Below, one piece after another: positions 13,733 to 27,486 of a stretch of 64,000 nucleotides of DNA (positions are counted from its first letter, which is position 1; the number at the start of each line of letters is the position of its first letter). The stretch lies in assembly GCA_047495785.1 (NCBI GenBank), contig JBLDXI010000033.1, positions 2,108,001 to 2,172,000 of the forward strand, given 5' to 3'. The notes beneath the pieces are model-generated. The model was given only the letters and a program-made list of their open reading frames with translations. It ran no database searches and was not told the origin of the DNA. Source of the stretch: Lepidodermella squamata (taxonomy: Eukaryota > Animalia > Gastrotricha). The position numbers and the translations under genes are program-made.

Positions 13733-15891
13733 TCAGTTGGAAGGAGGTTTATCAGCTTGTTGAGGTTGAAACCACTTTCGGAGATCTTGCACTGGAGATG
13801 GGTTAGAGCCACCGAGTGCTGATAGGGGCCGTCTCCTATTCGGACGAGGGGTTATGGCAGTTGTCGCTTGAGCAGAACTTGAAGGCGCAGGAGACCTCGC
13901 TGTACCACTACTAGCACCAGCTCCCAGAGTCCGATGGACCATTCGAGATGGCATCGTAGCAGGAGGATTTCGCGAAGCTCTATACAAAAATATTTTCAAC
14001 AGTTAATATATAAAAATTTCTCAAATTCATTTGATTTTTATTGCTCAAATCATGGCCCTTCGGCAAAAATAAAATGAAGAATTTTCCCATTTTAAAAGGA
14101 ACAAATCAATGAAATAAAAACCGGAATAATCGCCGATAGATCATTCGTTTGAAAGCAAAGAGATTTCATGGAATTGATGAACAAGCTCAAAATATTTCCA
14201 CCCTATTTTATCAACAAATTTATGACATGCGGTTTACCCCTGATTTCAAGTTTTTCGTGAATTCTGAGGGCAAATCAACCTGAGCCTAAATCAATCATCG
14301 TAAACCAAGATAAGTGATAATGGGTCCAAATCCAATCAAATCCAATCAAATCCAACCCGATGCTCTACCATCAAGGTGGACTGAAAGTACATCTTTTTGA
14401 ATAAATTAGGAAGGCAAAGCTTACGAAGATGGATGCGAATTTTCATCAGTTTGTGGCGTCGCAGGGGGAGTGGCTGGGACCGGTAGCAGCATAGGTTCGC
14501 GTCGAATCACTCGATGCCACGGCATAGGCGACACGCCACGGCCGAAGCAGGCATACTCGTCAACGGGCGCTTTGGCTGGTGACTTGGCACGGCCTACAAT
14601 ATTAAGATCCTCCGCTTGTTGCGTCTCTCTATCGCCGACTTTCGGCCGCCAAACCCGGATGCAGAACGAGTCGGACGCAGATGCGATGACGCCAGGGTAG
14701 ATCGGGTTCCAGGCGACAACCGAAACTTCCCCGGCGTCATCGGCATCGAGGACAGTTATCGGTCTCGCTCCAATCGCATTGCTATTTCGCTTGATATCTC
14801 GCAACGACCAAATCGGAGCAATTTTTTCCGAAGACCCAGATGCTATGAACTGGCCGTCAGGGCTGAAACAGCTCTGCAGGTAGAACGACTCAACAGTGGC
14901 ACCTGATAAAGTTGCATCGATGCGCTGCATATCGACATCGACTATGAAAATGACATTCGTGCGCGATAGGACCGATATTCGGCGAGATCGAGCGTCCGTC
15001 GCAATGTGGGCGAGGCCTCGCGATGAATCCATTTCATCGAGTTTTAACCGTCGACCGCCATGAGCGTAACGCAGGTCCCACAGGGCGAGGCCTTGTTTGT
15101 CCGAGCCGGAAACGAGGGTGAGAGGGTCTAGAAATCCCAAGCCTACTACAGAGCCCACGTTTTTCCGACAGGTCAGAATTGATCGAGCCGGGCTTCCGAT
15201 CAAGCCAGTTCTGAGGGTCTGAGAAAAACAAATTTTTGAACCCAAAAAATAGAGATAACAATAAAACTAACCCTCGGGGATTGGACGTTGATATCGTGAA
15301 TTGCTCCTTTAGCCTGGTCTATTTGAATCACGTGAATCGGCTTGGTTTGCCTCAAATCCCATACGCGAATAGAGCCATCTCGAGAACCCGACGCCATGAG
15401 ATTGCCATCGGATTGCGGCGCGAATACTGTAGTGCGAACTGACGCCTGATGGCCCGTGAATTGGGTGATAACCTCTCGGGTTGGCACATCGATCAGGTGG
15501 AGGGACCAACTCCCCGAACTGGCTACGGCCTGTGATTTATGACTAGGACGCCATTTTACGTCGAAAATCGCGTTATCGACCACCATCCACTCTAGTTATA
15601 TAAAATTAAGGTGGCTTTTTACTTTTGCGTGAAAAAATTACGATCTAATGGACGGGAAGCTAACGTTGACAATTCGTAGACTCGAAGAAAGCCGCCTTCG
15701 TCCGATGCGAGCAACAAATTTCCCTCAGAGTGCCAATCCATGGACAGCGGCGAAAATTGGCGCGTTTCGTCGCAAACCGGGTGCGAATCGGCGTTGGTGC
15801 ATTGCAGACGAGAGAGCAGTCGGCACGTCGTGTCATAGCACAGCTTTTCTTCATCAAGGCCCCACTGCCGATGTCGAAGGGCGTTAAGCAT
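13733..15891 (-). CDS. DTL: Denticleless/CDT2-like WD40 protein (CRL4 substrate receptor)
   Basis: NAIFDVKW, FTGHQASVR, ASGSRDGSIRVWDLR, SFYLQSCFSPDGQFIASGSS. Disordered tail ends in a PIP-like QDLRKWF. About a 440-nt intron precedes the last exon (13980-13733). Confidence 0.85.
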
Positions 15892-16169
15892 ACTTCAGTG
15901 TAGTTAAAACCCTATGAAAGCAATTCTTCAACGTGTTAACAATTTACTTCTTTTGTGTTGCAATTTGTTAGAGCTAATCAATTAAACAGCGGTGACACGA
16001 TTTACAAAGTGCGCGCTACCTTCTTGAACATGTATACGACTTGCAGAATAAGAGAAAGAACAATTCAGTAAAAACCACAGGATTGCCTCGGATAGCAGTG
16101 GATTTAAAGCTTAACCTCCACGCATCACCTGTTACATCACGGGTCCGATTTGTTATTCAACGCCGAGAA

Positions 16170-19100
16170 TCACGCTCCGTTCGCTTGATTTGCCGACGGA
16201 TCGGCAGCCAACGCCAAGCAATGCTGACCACCGAGAGCGACTGCCAAAACACGCCTGAAAGAAAATAAGTAAAAAATCGATGAATTATTATCAAATAAAA
16301 TAAAAGATATTCAAATCTGGATATTCAAAATCCAATATTCCATATTCCAATAAATTCAGTAATTCAAGATACGAAATTATTAAAGGTTCAGATTATTTTA
16401 ATTCAAGAAATAAGTAATTTCAAGTTTGATTCTTTTTGTGGAATCGGTGCTGCGAGAAAAAGTTCCATCGCCATAAAATCAATTTTCAAGAAAAACACAA
16501 AAAATGGAGATAGAACCTACGCAAAAGGGAAAATTTCAAATCTATAATTTTTATAGATTCGGAATCAGCGAAAAAAAACCATGTCTAAAACTTTTTCTCG
16601 AAGTACCGAGGATATCTTCAGTTACCGTAAATGTAAATAGCAGCCGGGGCTTATAAATTTCTAATCCCTAAAATGGGAAAAATGTCAAAAATGAAATCTT
16701 GGGATAGCCATAATTTTTTTCTGAGCCTTGTAGCCCTCTAAACTGGGCTACAAAACGCGATGGATTTCTATTAGCGATTGGACTACCATCTCAAAATTTA
16801 CGGTATTTCATTGTATTTCTGCTAAAAACCATACCATAAGTCGGTTGGATTACTTTTTTAATTAGAGCAACTTACTTATTTTCCAACTGCTGGCTTACGA
16901 CAACTGCCGGGCTCCAGAGATCCCCGACGTCATCGTCATCCAGCTGCTCTTTCGAATATTGACCCAATTCGACGCCCTTTTTACCCCACGTGTACAGCTG
17001 CCCGGATCGCGTCACTGCCGCCGATGTGTAAGGACCGCAAGATATGTCTACAACATCGTCGATACCCTCAACTTCCTTCGGACAGCTCTGCGGGCCGCAG
17101 TCTTTACCGAGACCAAGCCGGCCGTAGTGCTCCTCGCCAACCGCCCAAATTTTACCGCCATCAGTCAACATCAGTGAATGACGAAGACCGAACGCGATTT
17201 TCCGCCAGCGAATGCCATTGCTGATCGCGTCCAGTTTTTTCGGCCGGTACCTGTCATTGCCATCTTCCAGACCGAGTTGATTCGAAACGTTAAGTCCCCA
17301 GCCGTAGACGTCGCAGTCTTTGTGAGCTAACGCAACAGTGCAATAGGCGCCGGACCACACGTCGACGTAGTAGCCCATGCGTCGGTTGTGGCCGCCCTTG
17401 CCCTGGGACAAGATATGTCGGGGTGCAACTTTTTTCGGGGTCAGTTGGTCCATTCGCAGTTTCTGGAAATGCTCCTCGTCTTCCTGAAGTCGCTGCTCGT
17501 CGAAGTGAGTCTCGTGAATACGGCCCAACTGACCGACGAAACCGACACCAATCGTCCAGACTTGGCCGTTGGCTGACAACATGGCAATATGCTGATCCCC
17601 GCCAGTCAATTTTACGATAGTTTCATCGATGCCTTCAATCAAGGCCGGGAGTGGTTGTTGTGTCGGGGCGTCAGGTTTTGCGACAACACCAATCGGCCGA
17701 CCGCCGCCAATTTCCATCATGAAAGTACCCCATGCGTAGACTTTGCCTTCGTCGGTAATTACAGCAGTATAACGATCGCCGGCCACAATATTGACAACCT
17801 GCCGTCTGCCGAAGGCTTGAGGCGCGACAAGACCCGGTAGCATCATACGCTCCTCCTCGTCTTCCTCTTCTTCGTCATCGCTGGCGTCGCTTTTCGACTT
17901 TTCTGCTTCGTTTTCCTCGCCTTCTTCTAAAAACAAGATAACGATCATTAACAGGTTATAGGACAATAGGTTAACTCGAAACTGATTCGAATTTCGCGTC
18001 CCCAAATCTAAGCTTTAACCTCAAAATTTCAAATACAAAAAACAATTCTCAAATCCAAGTAACACAATTTTGTGTTTCAAATACATGTTTCATTTTCTGT
18101 AATCATGGAAACACGTTATCTTTTGCTCCTGGCTGTCGCTTTCTGTTGCTGCTGTTGCGCTCCGAGAAAGAAATTCACCCTTCAAGATGCTCTCGATCAA
18201 CTCGACGAGGAAGTGGGCGACGAGGCTTTCCAAAGTGATTCTTATTTTCATTTTCTTTTGCAGCTCGCAGACGATCCGCGTTGATTCTTCGAATTTCAGC
18301 GAGATCGACTGCGTCATCGGCAAGTCTCACTGTCAACCGCATTTGGCGGTCGAAGACGATCAATCCTTCAAACCGCTAGATATCTGCCATTCGGACCTGA
18401 TCGGTACAATTACCCCACCGGCGCGTGACGGTTCACGATACATTTTATCCGTGCTCGATGATTTTTCAAGGCATGGATGGATATGGTTTCTGAAGCTAAA
18501 TCTACATCGTTCCTCCTGAAGATGACGCTGAAAGTTGTGGCGATGAACACGGCGATGAACAGAATTCAAGAACAGTATGGGTCTGACATTATCTTCCTTA
18601 ATGAGACTTGGTTGAAATGTGGCGAAAAACTCGACCTGAGCAGATACACGCCATTTCGTGTAGATAGACTAGGTGCCTATGGGTCCAACTGTAGCGGTTT
18701 TGCAATCTTTGTTAGACAACAAAAGCCAATAATAGAGTGCGCAGAAGTTAGGTTTACACCAGCAGCTAGAGGTGAGCGGCTCGCAGTTGAGCTCTTAGTT
18801 GGCGAAGTAAACGCCTCGACGCGGCTAACTATTGCCACAGGGTACAATCCATCCACTAGTCCACTAGACCTTTCATTCATTAGGGAGGTTATGAGGGGTT
18901 CGCCTGCAAACTCGATTTTAGCTGGCGACTTGAACGCCTGCGCGGAGGAGTTAGGTTGCGTGGACTGGAACGTTCAGCGCACCGGCAGCGGTGGGCTATT
19001 TTCTGAGTTTCTCTTCTGCGGTCTTACAAAGTTCACTAACTGCTCCCACGCGGTTTAGGGAGAGTCACGTTTCGCGAGTCCTAGATGTGTGGCTAAGTTC

Positions 19101-21521
19101 TCAAGCTGCAGATATGTGCTTTCCCGTGCATGCTGTACCAGATCGCTATCGTAGTGATCATGCTGTCACTATCGCGGGCTTCACACTTGCGCTCCCGAAG
19201 CGGAACCCCTGTTCGCCGTTGGCCAATGCCTCGGTGCCGACAGCCACTCTGGAGCTTCGTTTCGATTTCTTAAACGTCGACGGTCAACGCGGAGGTTGAC
19301 AAGGACGACGCAGTAAAGAGAACTGCCGCGGCGGCATACGCCGACGACCAGGCTGTATGGGATACAGGGCGACCGGCCTCACTCGTCACTGCTCGTGTCC
19401 AAGTGGCACTTCGGGTTACAGAACGCTGGTCTCAGCGTTGGAGATTAGACCTTAACCCGAGAAAGTGTGAGTGGATCGCATTCGGCGCTAACGTTAACCA
19501 TACCTACAGCTGGTCAGCTCCAGTTAGGAGGCATCTGCCTGCCAAGAGTTCAAGAGTTTAAATACTTGGGCGTTTGGCTGTCCAAGCACCTATGCTGGAC
19601 GCCGCACTTGGAGCACGTCCCGTCCCAAGCTCTCCCTAGCATTTTTGCCCTTTTTCGCGGAAGAGCAAAGACGCACCCCACACCACCCCTCTTTTGATTA
19701 GGTTAACCGAATGAACTTAGTTACAGTGATTATTTGTTTTTTTTTTCGAATTGTTCCGGTTCTTCTCTGGACTTGCTTTGCCTCAATAACAGCAGTGCTA
19801 TAGCCTCTGTTAGTTTTCTTCAGAATTCGCAAGTTTTCCTGGATCCTTTTATCTGGATCCAATAATTATTCTATGAAATCTATGAAACGGCCAATTATCA
19901 CTGAATATAACATTAACATACCAGAAAATAACCACAAGATTCGTATCGTCTCTCGCTATTTTTATCAGCCTTTAGGTGACAATATCTGTTCTGCTTTCGA
20001 TGGTTTAAGGATTTGGTTTTGGTGCCAATAAAAACCCGACCGAGGATAGTGGGCTAAGAAGAATTCGAAGTTTGCTTCAACATTTAACTGACAGAATAGA
20101 AATAGCTTCAACAATGGCCAGCTGGTACCTGCTGAATAATGATTTGCCTTTTTCAAATATCATCACATTGTGCCGATGTACCTCAACACCATTAAATTGT
20201 GTGTGAAAATTGGTAACTATTCACCTCATTGAAGATAGCTCCATAACTCTGAGCTGATTTTAATATCAGATTTTATTGGCCAAAAATGAATGAAAACGGC
20301 CGATAGAAAATAATCTCATATCCCATGCTCAAATTGCTGACCTTTTCATTTTTAGTGTTTTAAAAATGGCTGCAAAAAGTAGTTTGGATCTGCTTAGACT
20401 TGATAGTTTGGACTTATTTGGTTTGGCCGTTGCTTCTTACGGGCAAAACCGCGAAATCATGCACCACATCTGGTATGAGAAACATTGATAATTTCTAAAT
20501 TATTAATTTTCGATTTTTTAGCTTAGAAACCAGCCATAAATTGATCGCCGATTGGAACGGAAACGAGCTGGGTAAAGCATGGAAGGATGACGGGCAAGCC
20601 AATACGACTTCCGATTATTTATTCAACAGCGAAAGGCGAGAGCGTTTGCGGACAATTGGGCGCCAACGTTCCAGGCCTCGCAAGCCTCGCTTGTTGAAGC
20701 TCAAAGCCCCCGGGGAGGATGGGATCCTCACCCCGCTCATCAAGAATGCCCCGCCGCCTCTCCTAAATGCCATCCTTCTCCTATTCAACTTGCCACTGAA
20801 CGCGGTTTACATGCCGGCAGCCGCATCTTAGAAAGTAATACCAAATAATTGCGAGATTCGATCAACCACGATAGATTCACATGGCTCAGGGACTCGAAAG
20901 TACCAAATTTGTATTATTCCGTCGATAACTGATAGCGTATGGTTAAGGATTCAAACTGTTGAACTTACAGTTGGGGAAGAAAGCTTAGATTTCATATGCA
21001 AAATTAGAAAAATTAACATTCTAAGCCCAAATACATCCAGCTACCTCAAATTGTAATATTGAAATTTAAAATTGCATTCAATTTTATATAGAATTTTTAT
21101 GCTCACTTTCTTCCTTGAGAGGCTTAGCTTTTTCGGCACCTCGGCCCAACTGCTTGTCGTCATTGCATCCAAATGTGTAGACCTGACCATCGGCGGTAAC
21201 GCAGGCTGTATGCATTCCACCGGCACACATAGAAACCACTTGCTTCTTCGCGATGCCGTCAATCAGCTTCGGCTTACAGCGCTGATTAACGGACGAACCA
21301 TGGCCAAGCTGGCCACCGACGCCGTTCTCACCCCACGAGTACAGGTGACCGGCTAGGCGGCGCAAGACAATACCGGGTGTGGACATGCGCTTCTTTTTCG
21401 ACGCCGGCAGACCATTTATCGAATTTTCGTCCGTGAAACTGGTATTACGGCTCGAACTCATCGAGGCGTCATCTTCAAATACCAGAGAGACACGAGACGT
21501 GGCGAGCGAATGTCTGGCCAT
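16170..21521 (-). CDS. RCC1: Regulator of chromosome condensation 1
   Basis: Phase-consistent exons 21521-21107, 17926-16876 and ~16254-16170. N-terminal NLS KKKR, AGGMHTAC, VYTFGCND..LGR and C-terminal VLAVALGGQHCLAL. Confidence 0.85.
18290..18500 (+). mobile_element. Ty1/copia-type integrase fragment in RCC1 intron 1
   Basis: CVIGKSHCQP (pre-integrase) and PLDICHSDLIGTITP..RYILSVLDDFSRHGWIWFLK (start of the rve core). Truncated. Confidence 0.8.
18520..19640 (+). mobile_element. Degenerate non-LTR (LINE) retrotransposon: APE endonuclease plus C-terminal part of the RT
   Basis: Endonuclease motifs IIFLNETWL, ILAGDLNA and SDH. RT motifs AYADDQAVW, LNPRKC and FKYLGVWL. Frameshifts and a large internal deletion. 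Confidence 0.85.
20366..20831 (+). CDS. Nested antisense two-exon ORF (138 aa) ending in a LINE RT fragment; possibly a pseudogene
   Basis: CTGAC branch-like site and TTTTTAG precede the ATG at 20366. A 49-nt GT-AG intron (20473-20521) keeps frame. The C-terminus KAPGEDGI..LLFN is the N-terminal region of a LINE RT. Confidence 0.4.
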
Positions 21522-21636
21522 TACAAGCGTCAATAAAATACCCTAGAAAAACGCACGGAAAATGATCTATCAAATTTTCGTTTATCAAGAATGTGACCAG
21601 GACAAAAAAAGCAAGTAGAGTACAAGAGATGCGAAA

Positions 21637-22181
21637 TCACTGACGACCGCCGCGACCGCCTCGAGGCGCGCCTCCGAAACCGCCGCGGAAACCAGGTCCG
21701 GAGCCGCCACCTGGTTGGCCCCGACCGCGACCTTGACCGCCCTGCCCGCCGCCGGACATGGGCGCCGACGCACGGCCTCGTCCCAACGGGCCAGGGCGTT
21801 GATGCTGATGTTGCTGGCGTTGCTGCTGCTGGTCCTCCTTAACCAAAGCGATGACTTCGTCGGGGATCTTCAAATATTTAATCGTATTGCCTCGAACGTA
21901 ACACTCTGGCATACGCCAAAACTTGGTACCATCCTTTTTAAAAACACCTGGTCAAAACCTGCGATTCATGAAAAAATATCAACCTTTGATGTACAAATGA
22001 CTTCACGAAGACAAATATTCATCCAGCCATCACAGGATACCAAATGACCGTTGTAAGTTTCACCATTCTTCAACTCGACCAGCATAGGGTGGTTGATGGC
22101 TGTTTTCAACAGCGTGAGCGGCAACTACCACCAAAATCACTCATTTTCAATCGAAACAGGCCTTCTCGAAGCACTTACCAT
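21637..22181 (-). CDS. LSM4: U6 snRNA-associated Sm-like protein LSm4
   Basis: ATG-only first coding exon. [48 protein letters not shown] and an RGG tail. Confidence 0.95.
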
Positions 22182-23358
22182 ATTGGACTAGGTTCGCTAT
22201 GCCACCGGGATTTAAGTATTAATACCTTTTTCACCCCAAATTTACTTCATAAAATGAGAATCTAAAAAAGCAAATACGAAACATTTGAAAATATTAATGC
22301 ATTTATTTTGTTTTGAGTGAGCAGCAGGTTTAACATAATATTTGTATTAATAGTTTCACTACAGTTCGTTCGAAACCTCTTCACAAAATTATCAGTAGTT
22401 TCAGCAAATGGTATACAATAAAGAAGAGCACAAATTATTTGAAATTCAGTGGATATATTTACACAGGTTTGTTAGTTCAAATTTTCGTATTTTAGGTATT
22501 ATTATAATTATTTGTCATGAATGTTGAAGTAGACGAATGAGAGAGTAAGCGATCACCAAGAAACGATGAGCCACACCACCACCTTGTCATAAAAGTCTCA
22601 CGGGTAAATATATTTGAATGACGAGCCGAATCGCACAACTTTTCAAGGGAATAATTATTTTTCACAAAATTAAGCATAGCTAATGACAAGTGGCACAATA
22701 TAATATTAAGGTGCATGCAAATTCTCATCATCACTTAATCAAGGTTGTTGAATTATATTACAGATGTTGTTCCTGATTTCTTTTCATAAAGAAGATTGTT
22801 CTGGAAAAATACAGCGATTGGACTTCGGTGACGAATCCAACGTCAAACGTTAAAACTCAACCAGTTTTGACTTTAGGAAGTCTACTAAAACGGAATAGGT
22901 TAGACCAAACGAAAAACAGATCAAAACAGCTGAAGATGGGAATCGACTGCGAATGCAATCAGATCGGCATCGGAATAAAATTTATCTTTTCACTCTTCCT
23001 TTGTCACGCGTCGTCACCCGTCATGATTTGTCACCTGGTCTGATTTGAAAATCGATTGCAAAGCCATGTTCAGCTATTGTATTAGGTACAAAAAGCACGC
23101 TAGTTTGGCCAAAACAGGGAGAAACACAAAAACCGATACAAATAAACGTCGATTATTTAAAAATTGACCGAAAAATTGCCAATTTGTTGTTCTTTCCTCA
23201 TCTCAAGTCATCACCACACCTTAATCGCATACACTGTGAAATTTTAATTTTTAACAACCAGGAACTTTATAATAATCTGATATCATTCAAAGTATTCGTC
23301 GTAGTGATAATGATAGGCGAGGAGGCTACGAGATGCCCCTCGCAGACAGGTGCGGGCG

Positions 23359-24990
23359 TCATTCCTCGTGAGTGTAATCAAGGTCGCCGTTCGTCATGAT
23401 TCGGTCGTAGTGACCAGCGTTGTTGGGGTGCGTCCGCATCTCGTACTTGCGCAGGCACAAATCAACAGACATGGCCAGAGCAGAGGCAATGCGCGAAATT
23501 TCGTCGTCAGTGAAGTTAAGATTGACGTTAACTCGAAGGCTATAAGCATTTAAATAATAAAATAGTTCCATCTCGGAAATGGTTTATCAACAAACCTCGG
23601 CTTAGGGAGCTTGTGCTCAGATGGCAAATAACGAGCCTGGATGAGAGCAACGCCACGATCCAAGCACTCGTTAGAGATATCGTCCAGAATTTCGATATCA
23701 GTAGCCCGGTCGCCGGTGGACTGAGCCAAATAAATGTGCTTGATCGGCGAAAAATCTAGACCGCCAATGGTAACACCGTTCACTCTGGAAATAACATGAA
23801 TTTTGAACAAAAAAACATATCAAATATGGGAAAACTGACCCAGTGAGAGCTTTGTGCATGTCGATCGAACGTTTTCGCAATTTTTCAAACATTGCGGGGT
23901 TCTCTTCCATGATATCTAGGGCTTTGTGGGCCGCGATAGCGCAAAGAGGCGGCAGGGAGGCACTGAAACAGTAGCCGTGGCCGGAAAGGCGTTGATGATC
24001 GACGACGTACGTTGACCCAACTGAAAAGCCACCAGTAGAGGCCAACGAAGTTTCAAGCGAGCCTGAGATGAGGTCGATATCCTTAGCATCAACGCCTAGG
24101 AGTTCAGTAACACCTCGGCCCTTAGCACCAAGGCAAGCGAACGAGAACGTCTCATCCATGAAAATGCGGACCTTGTACTTGTATTTCAACTCCACAAGTT
24201 TCTTCAACGGGCAAACGTCGCCGTGGTTGACGTAGAGGCCTTCAATGACCAAAAACCGACGAGTTACAGCGGCTTTCTTCGGATTTTTCTTATCCTCGGC
24301 AGCTTGGGCTTGCATTAGCTCTTCCAAATGAGCCGTGTCGTTGTGTCGGAACCAGCAGAGTTTGCTTCGCGAGGCTTCGAGACCTTTTTGGATGGCGTAA
24401 TGGACGCCTTCGTCACAAAATACCACATCACCGCGCTTCGCATAGGCAGGGATAACCGAAGCGACGGTCGAAAAGCCGTAAGAGTACAGAATAGCCTCTT
24501 CGCTTTGAGTGTACTGCGCCAATTTATCCTCAAGGTCGAGATGAACGTCGAGGGTACCGTAAAAACCACGCGGGCCACATGAGCCGACGCCGTATTTAGA
24601 AATTGTATTGATAGCGGCTTCTTCGATGTCGTTGCGACCATTGAAGTCTAGGAAGTTGAACGAAGCTGTATTAATGCACCGCTTATCACGTAGAACGATG
24701 TATTTCGTTGGTTTTCCAGAGACAGTGTTCTCTTGAAAGGCCTTCAGCCCATCCAAGTTCGGATATTCGTCGGGGACTAATGGTTCGGGTTGCCATTCAG
24801 TTACCAGCTCATCCTGCTCCTTTTCGGTTAGGGGTTCCTTGGGGAGCCTGTAGCGTTTGCCTAGGAGAATACGCACAACCCAGATGACGAGGAATAGCTC
24901 GAAAATCAAATGATAAATTGGAACGCCGAAGAAGTCGAATAGGAAGTCACTGAAGTTACACGCCGACGAGTAAATGCTGCCGGCGACCAT
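23359..24990 (-). CDS. SPTLC1: Serine palmitoyltransferase subunit 1
   Basis: EWQPEPLVP, GVGSCGPRGFYGT and GYCFSASLPP, with no PLP lysine (GSLET). Three exons. Confidence 0.95.
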
Positions 24991-25213
24991 TCTATCAAAT
25001 TAAGTCAACTAATATATCCTAGTGAAAAACATGAATGAAATATAAAAAATGGCATGAATAAAGACGTGTGGACGCCCACGCTGCTGTAGCGTGATATTAA
25101 GGAGACGTTGGTTGAAAATGCGCACGTTGTTTTTTCTCCCGCGTAAAAATGGTGGGTATTAATATATCGTAGTACTACATCGTTTTGAGCAGTTATTACG
25201 TCGCGGCATACGA

Positions 25214-27372
25214 CTAGTCCATTGGCACACTGCCGTCTTTGTGTGCAGATAGTTTAGCACGCTCGTCAAATCCAATATACAGCTCAGCGACTTTGCCTTC
25301 GGGTAGTCGACGTGCGAACTCCCGCGGCTTCCGCTTATTAGCCACCTGGGTTGTCATCATAGTAAGGAAAGACTCCCCAATCGGGTGTAGGTTAACCGAT
25401 GCAGACGTTGCTGCGAAAGACGAAGGATATGTGTTCTCGCTCAAAACGCTCGACAAACCACCGGCTAGTCGGATCTTCTTGATCGGAGCAGCCGATGTCG
25501 GGCGGTTTTGAACACTCATCGGCATTGAAACTGAGGCTTGTGATACGTCAACAGGAGCAGCTGTTGAGTTGTCTTCGTGGGGGAAAATCGACTCACGGCA
25601 CAAAGCTTTTTGATTAACCTGCCCTGCAATGGCAGGCTTCAAGTTGCATGCGTATTCGAAAAGCTGTCGATGTTTCACCGATATGTGAGTATAAGCTGCT
25701 AGCAGAGACAACAGTTCGGCCCAAATCATCGATATCATCTGATCTGGTTTCTGAATTTTCGAACGCAGTCTGCTATTAGGAGGAAATTGTACCACCATTT
25801 CCATACGCTGCTCGGAGGACATCAACCTCTCAAGAACTCGCGTACACTCAGGAAACGAGTCTGTTTTCAACGTCTCAGCCTTAAAAATAGAAAAATATAA
25901 ACGAGAGATGGACTATAATGAAATTATACCAAGGCATTGACAAAAGGTTTGACTAGATTCGAGTTAGCTATTAACGAGTCGGCAATCGACAAAGGACAGC
26001 ACGTTGTCAATCGGCTGAGGTAAGTCAACGCCGCATCACTACAAAATGGTGCGTTAGATGAATGCCGCTGCAGTTTGCCTGCGCGAATGACAGCTGATAA
26101 ATGATTCACATTCACCTGAAAAAAACAATCAACGCTAAAATTATTGTACTTATGTCGAAAGAATGAACATACGCGATCTGGGGCGAATTTATATTCCAGC
26201 GCGTCTTCACACGGTAAACGAGCAGTTGTGAACGCTTGCAGGTAAATTTCGCCATTCACCGCCATCATACAGTAAGTCAAATTTTTGGCGACGATGTTTT
26301 TCGGCGGCTCCAACACCACGGTTCGGCCGTTGAGCAAAAACTGAACTAGACATTGCGTCGGTTTGCTGTTCATATCCAAAGGACTCGCGCAAAATGAATG
26401 AAGTCTGAACTGAACATCAGAGCCGGGTGATAACTTTGGAGTCGACCATCGCATAACCGCCATTTTAAGGGGGACACCCTCGCGGAGGGAAGTTCCAATG
26501 AAATCACTGCAATCAGGCATGGCTACCAGCGAGTGGTAAACCGAAGCTGGGTGTAACAGTTCAACGTCGTAATTCATCGACTGACCAGCGCCTTGTTCTT
26601 CTTTCATCGGAATGCCTTGGATTGTCGTCAAAATCAACCCATGTTGCTTCATAGCCAGTGAATACAAGCAGGTTGTCAAAGATTTGCCGCTAAACGCTGA
26701 AGTAACTTCGTATAACAAATTTCCGGCGTCATTCAGTTCTGTCGGCATTACGGAATACATTTTAGGTTCAGCACCAACGGCATTTGTGTGAACAATCGTT
26801 ACTGAAAGACCTTGTGGCAACGGCCAATTTTCACCCATTTCATTGCAGGTATCAACGATGAATTCCTTTAAGCGCTCGACACTAGCTGGCGAGGGCAGTC
26901 TAGTCAGAAAAATAATGCGGCCACCACCATTTCCCTCCCTACCCTCAGCCAGGAGAGATATTCCATTTTTCAAGGCAGCTGGGTGGCGAATATGCTTATG
27001 AGCCTGAGAAGAAACTATCCGCTTCGTGAAAGGGAACAGAGCTTCGGTGTATTGCAATGACGACAGCATTTCATCGTTCCAAATCGAACTACAGCCTTTC
27101 GGTATTATAGGGGTTAGCTGGTCGTTTTCAGCAACGGCTAGCCCGACTTGACGTTCGTAGCTGAAAATGTCGAACATAACGCGGCAATACTCGAGTACAG
27201 CCTCGCAATTACAAGTCCAGAACGACTTTCCAACAGTTCGAGGGCCCCCACTGCCTGCTTTGATGCCGGGTGTGGCGGAAACTTGTACATTGAGATCACA
27301 ATCGATCATAAAACCACTGAAATCCCGCATCGGAAGAGAACCATCTAATATAAACAACGTGCGAGATTCCAT
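25214..27372 (-). CDS. INTS13: Integrator complex subunit 13 (Asunder)
   Basis: KSFWTC..EAVLEYCR.MFDIF, GIPMKEEQ..SMNYDVELLH, FLLNGRTVVLE and terminal AELY. Confidence 0.9.
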
Positions 27373-27486
27373 ATCAGCGTATTAATAATTCTATGAAAAA
27401 TTAACAAAAATTAACACTGTAAATAAAGAAATTTTTGAGCAAAATGAAGAGACCTTGTAGCTCAGAAGAAAATCAAATAAAAATTT

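Noticed and set aside
14325-14356. AAATCCAATC tandem repeat in the DTL intron
   Set aside because: A short simple repeat with no spacers; not CRISPR-like and no evidence of function.
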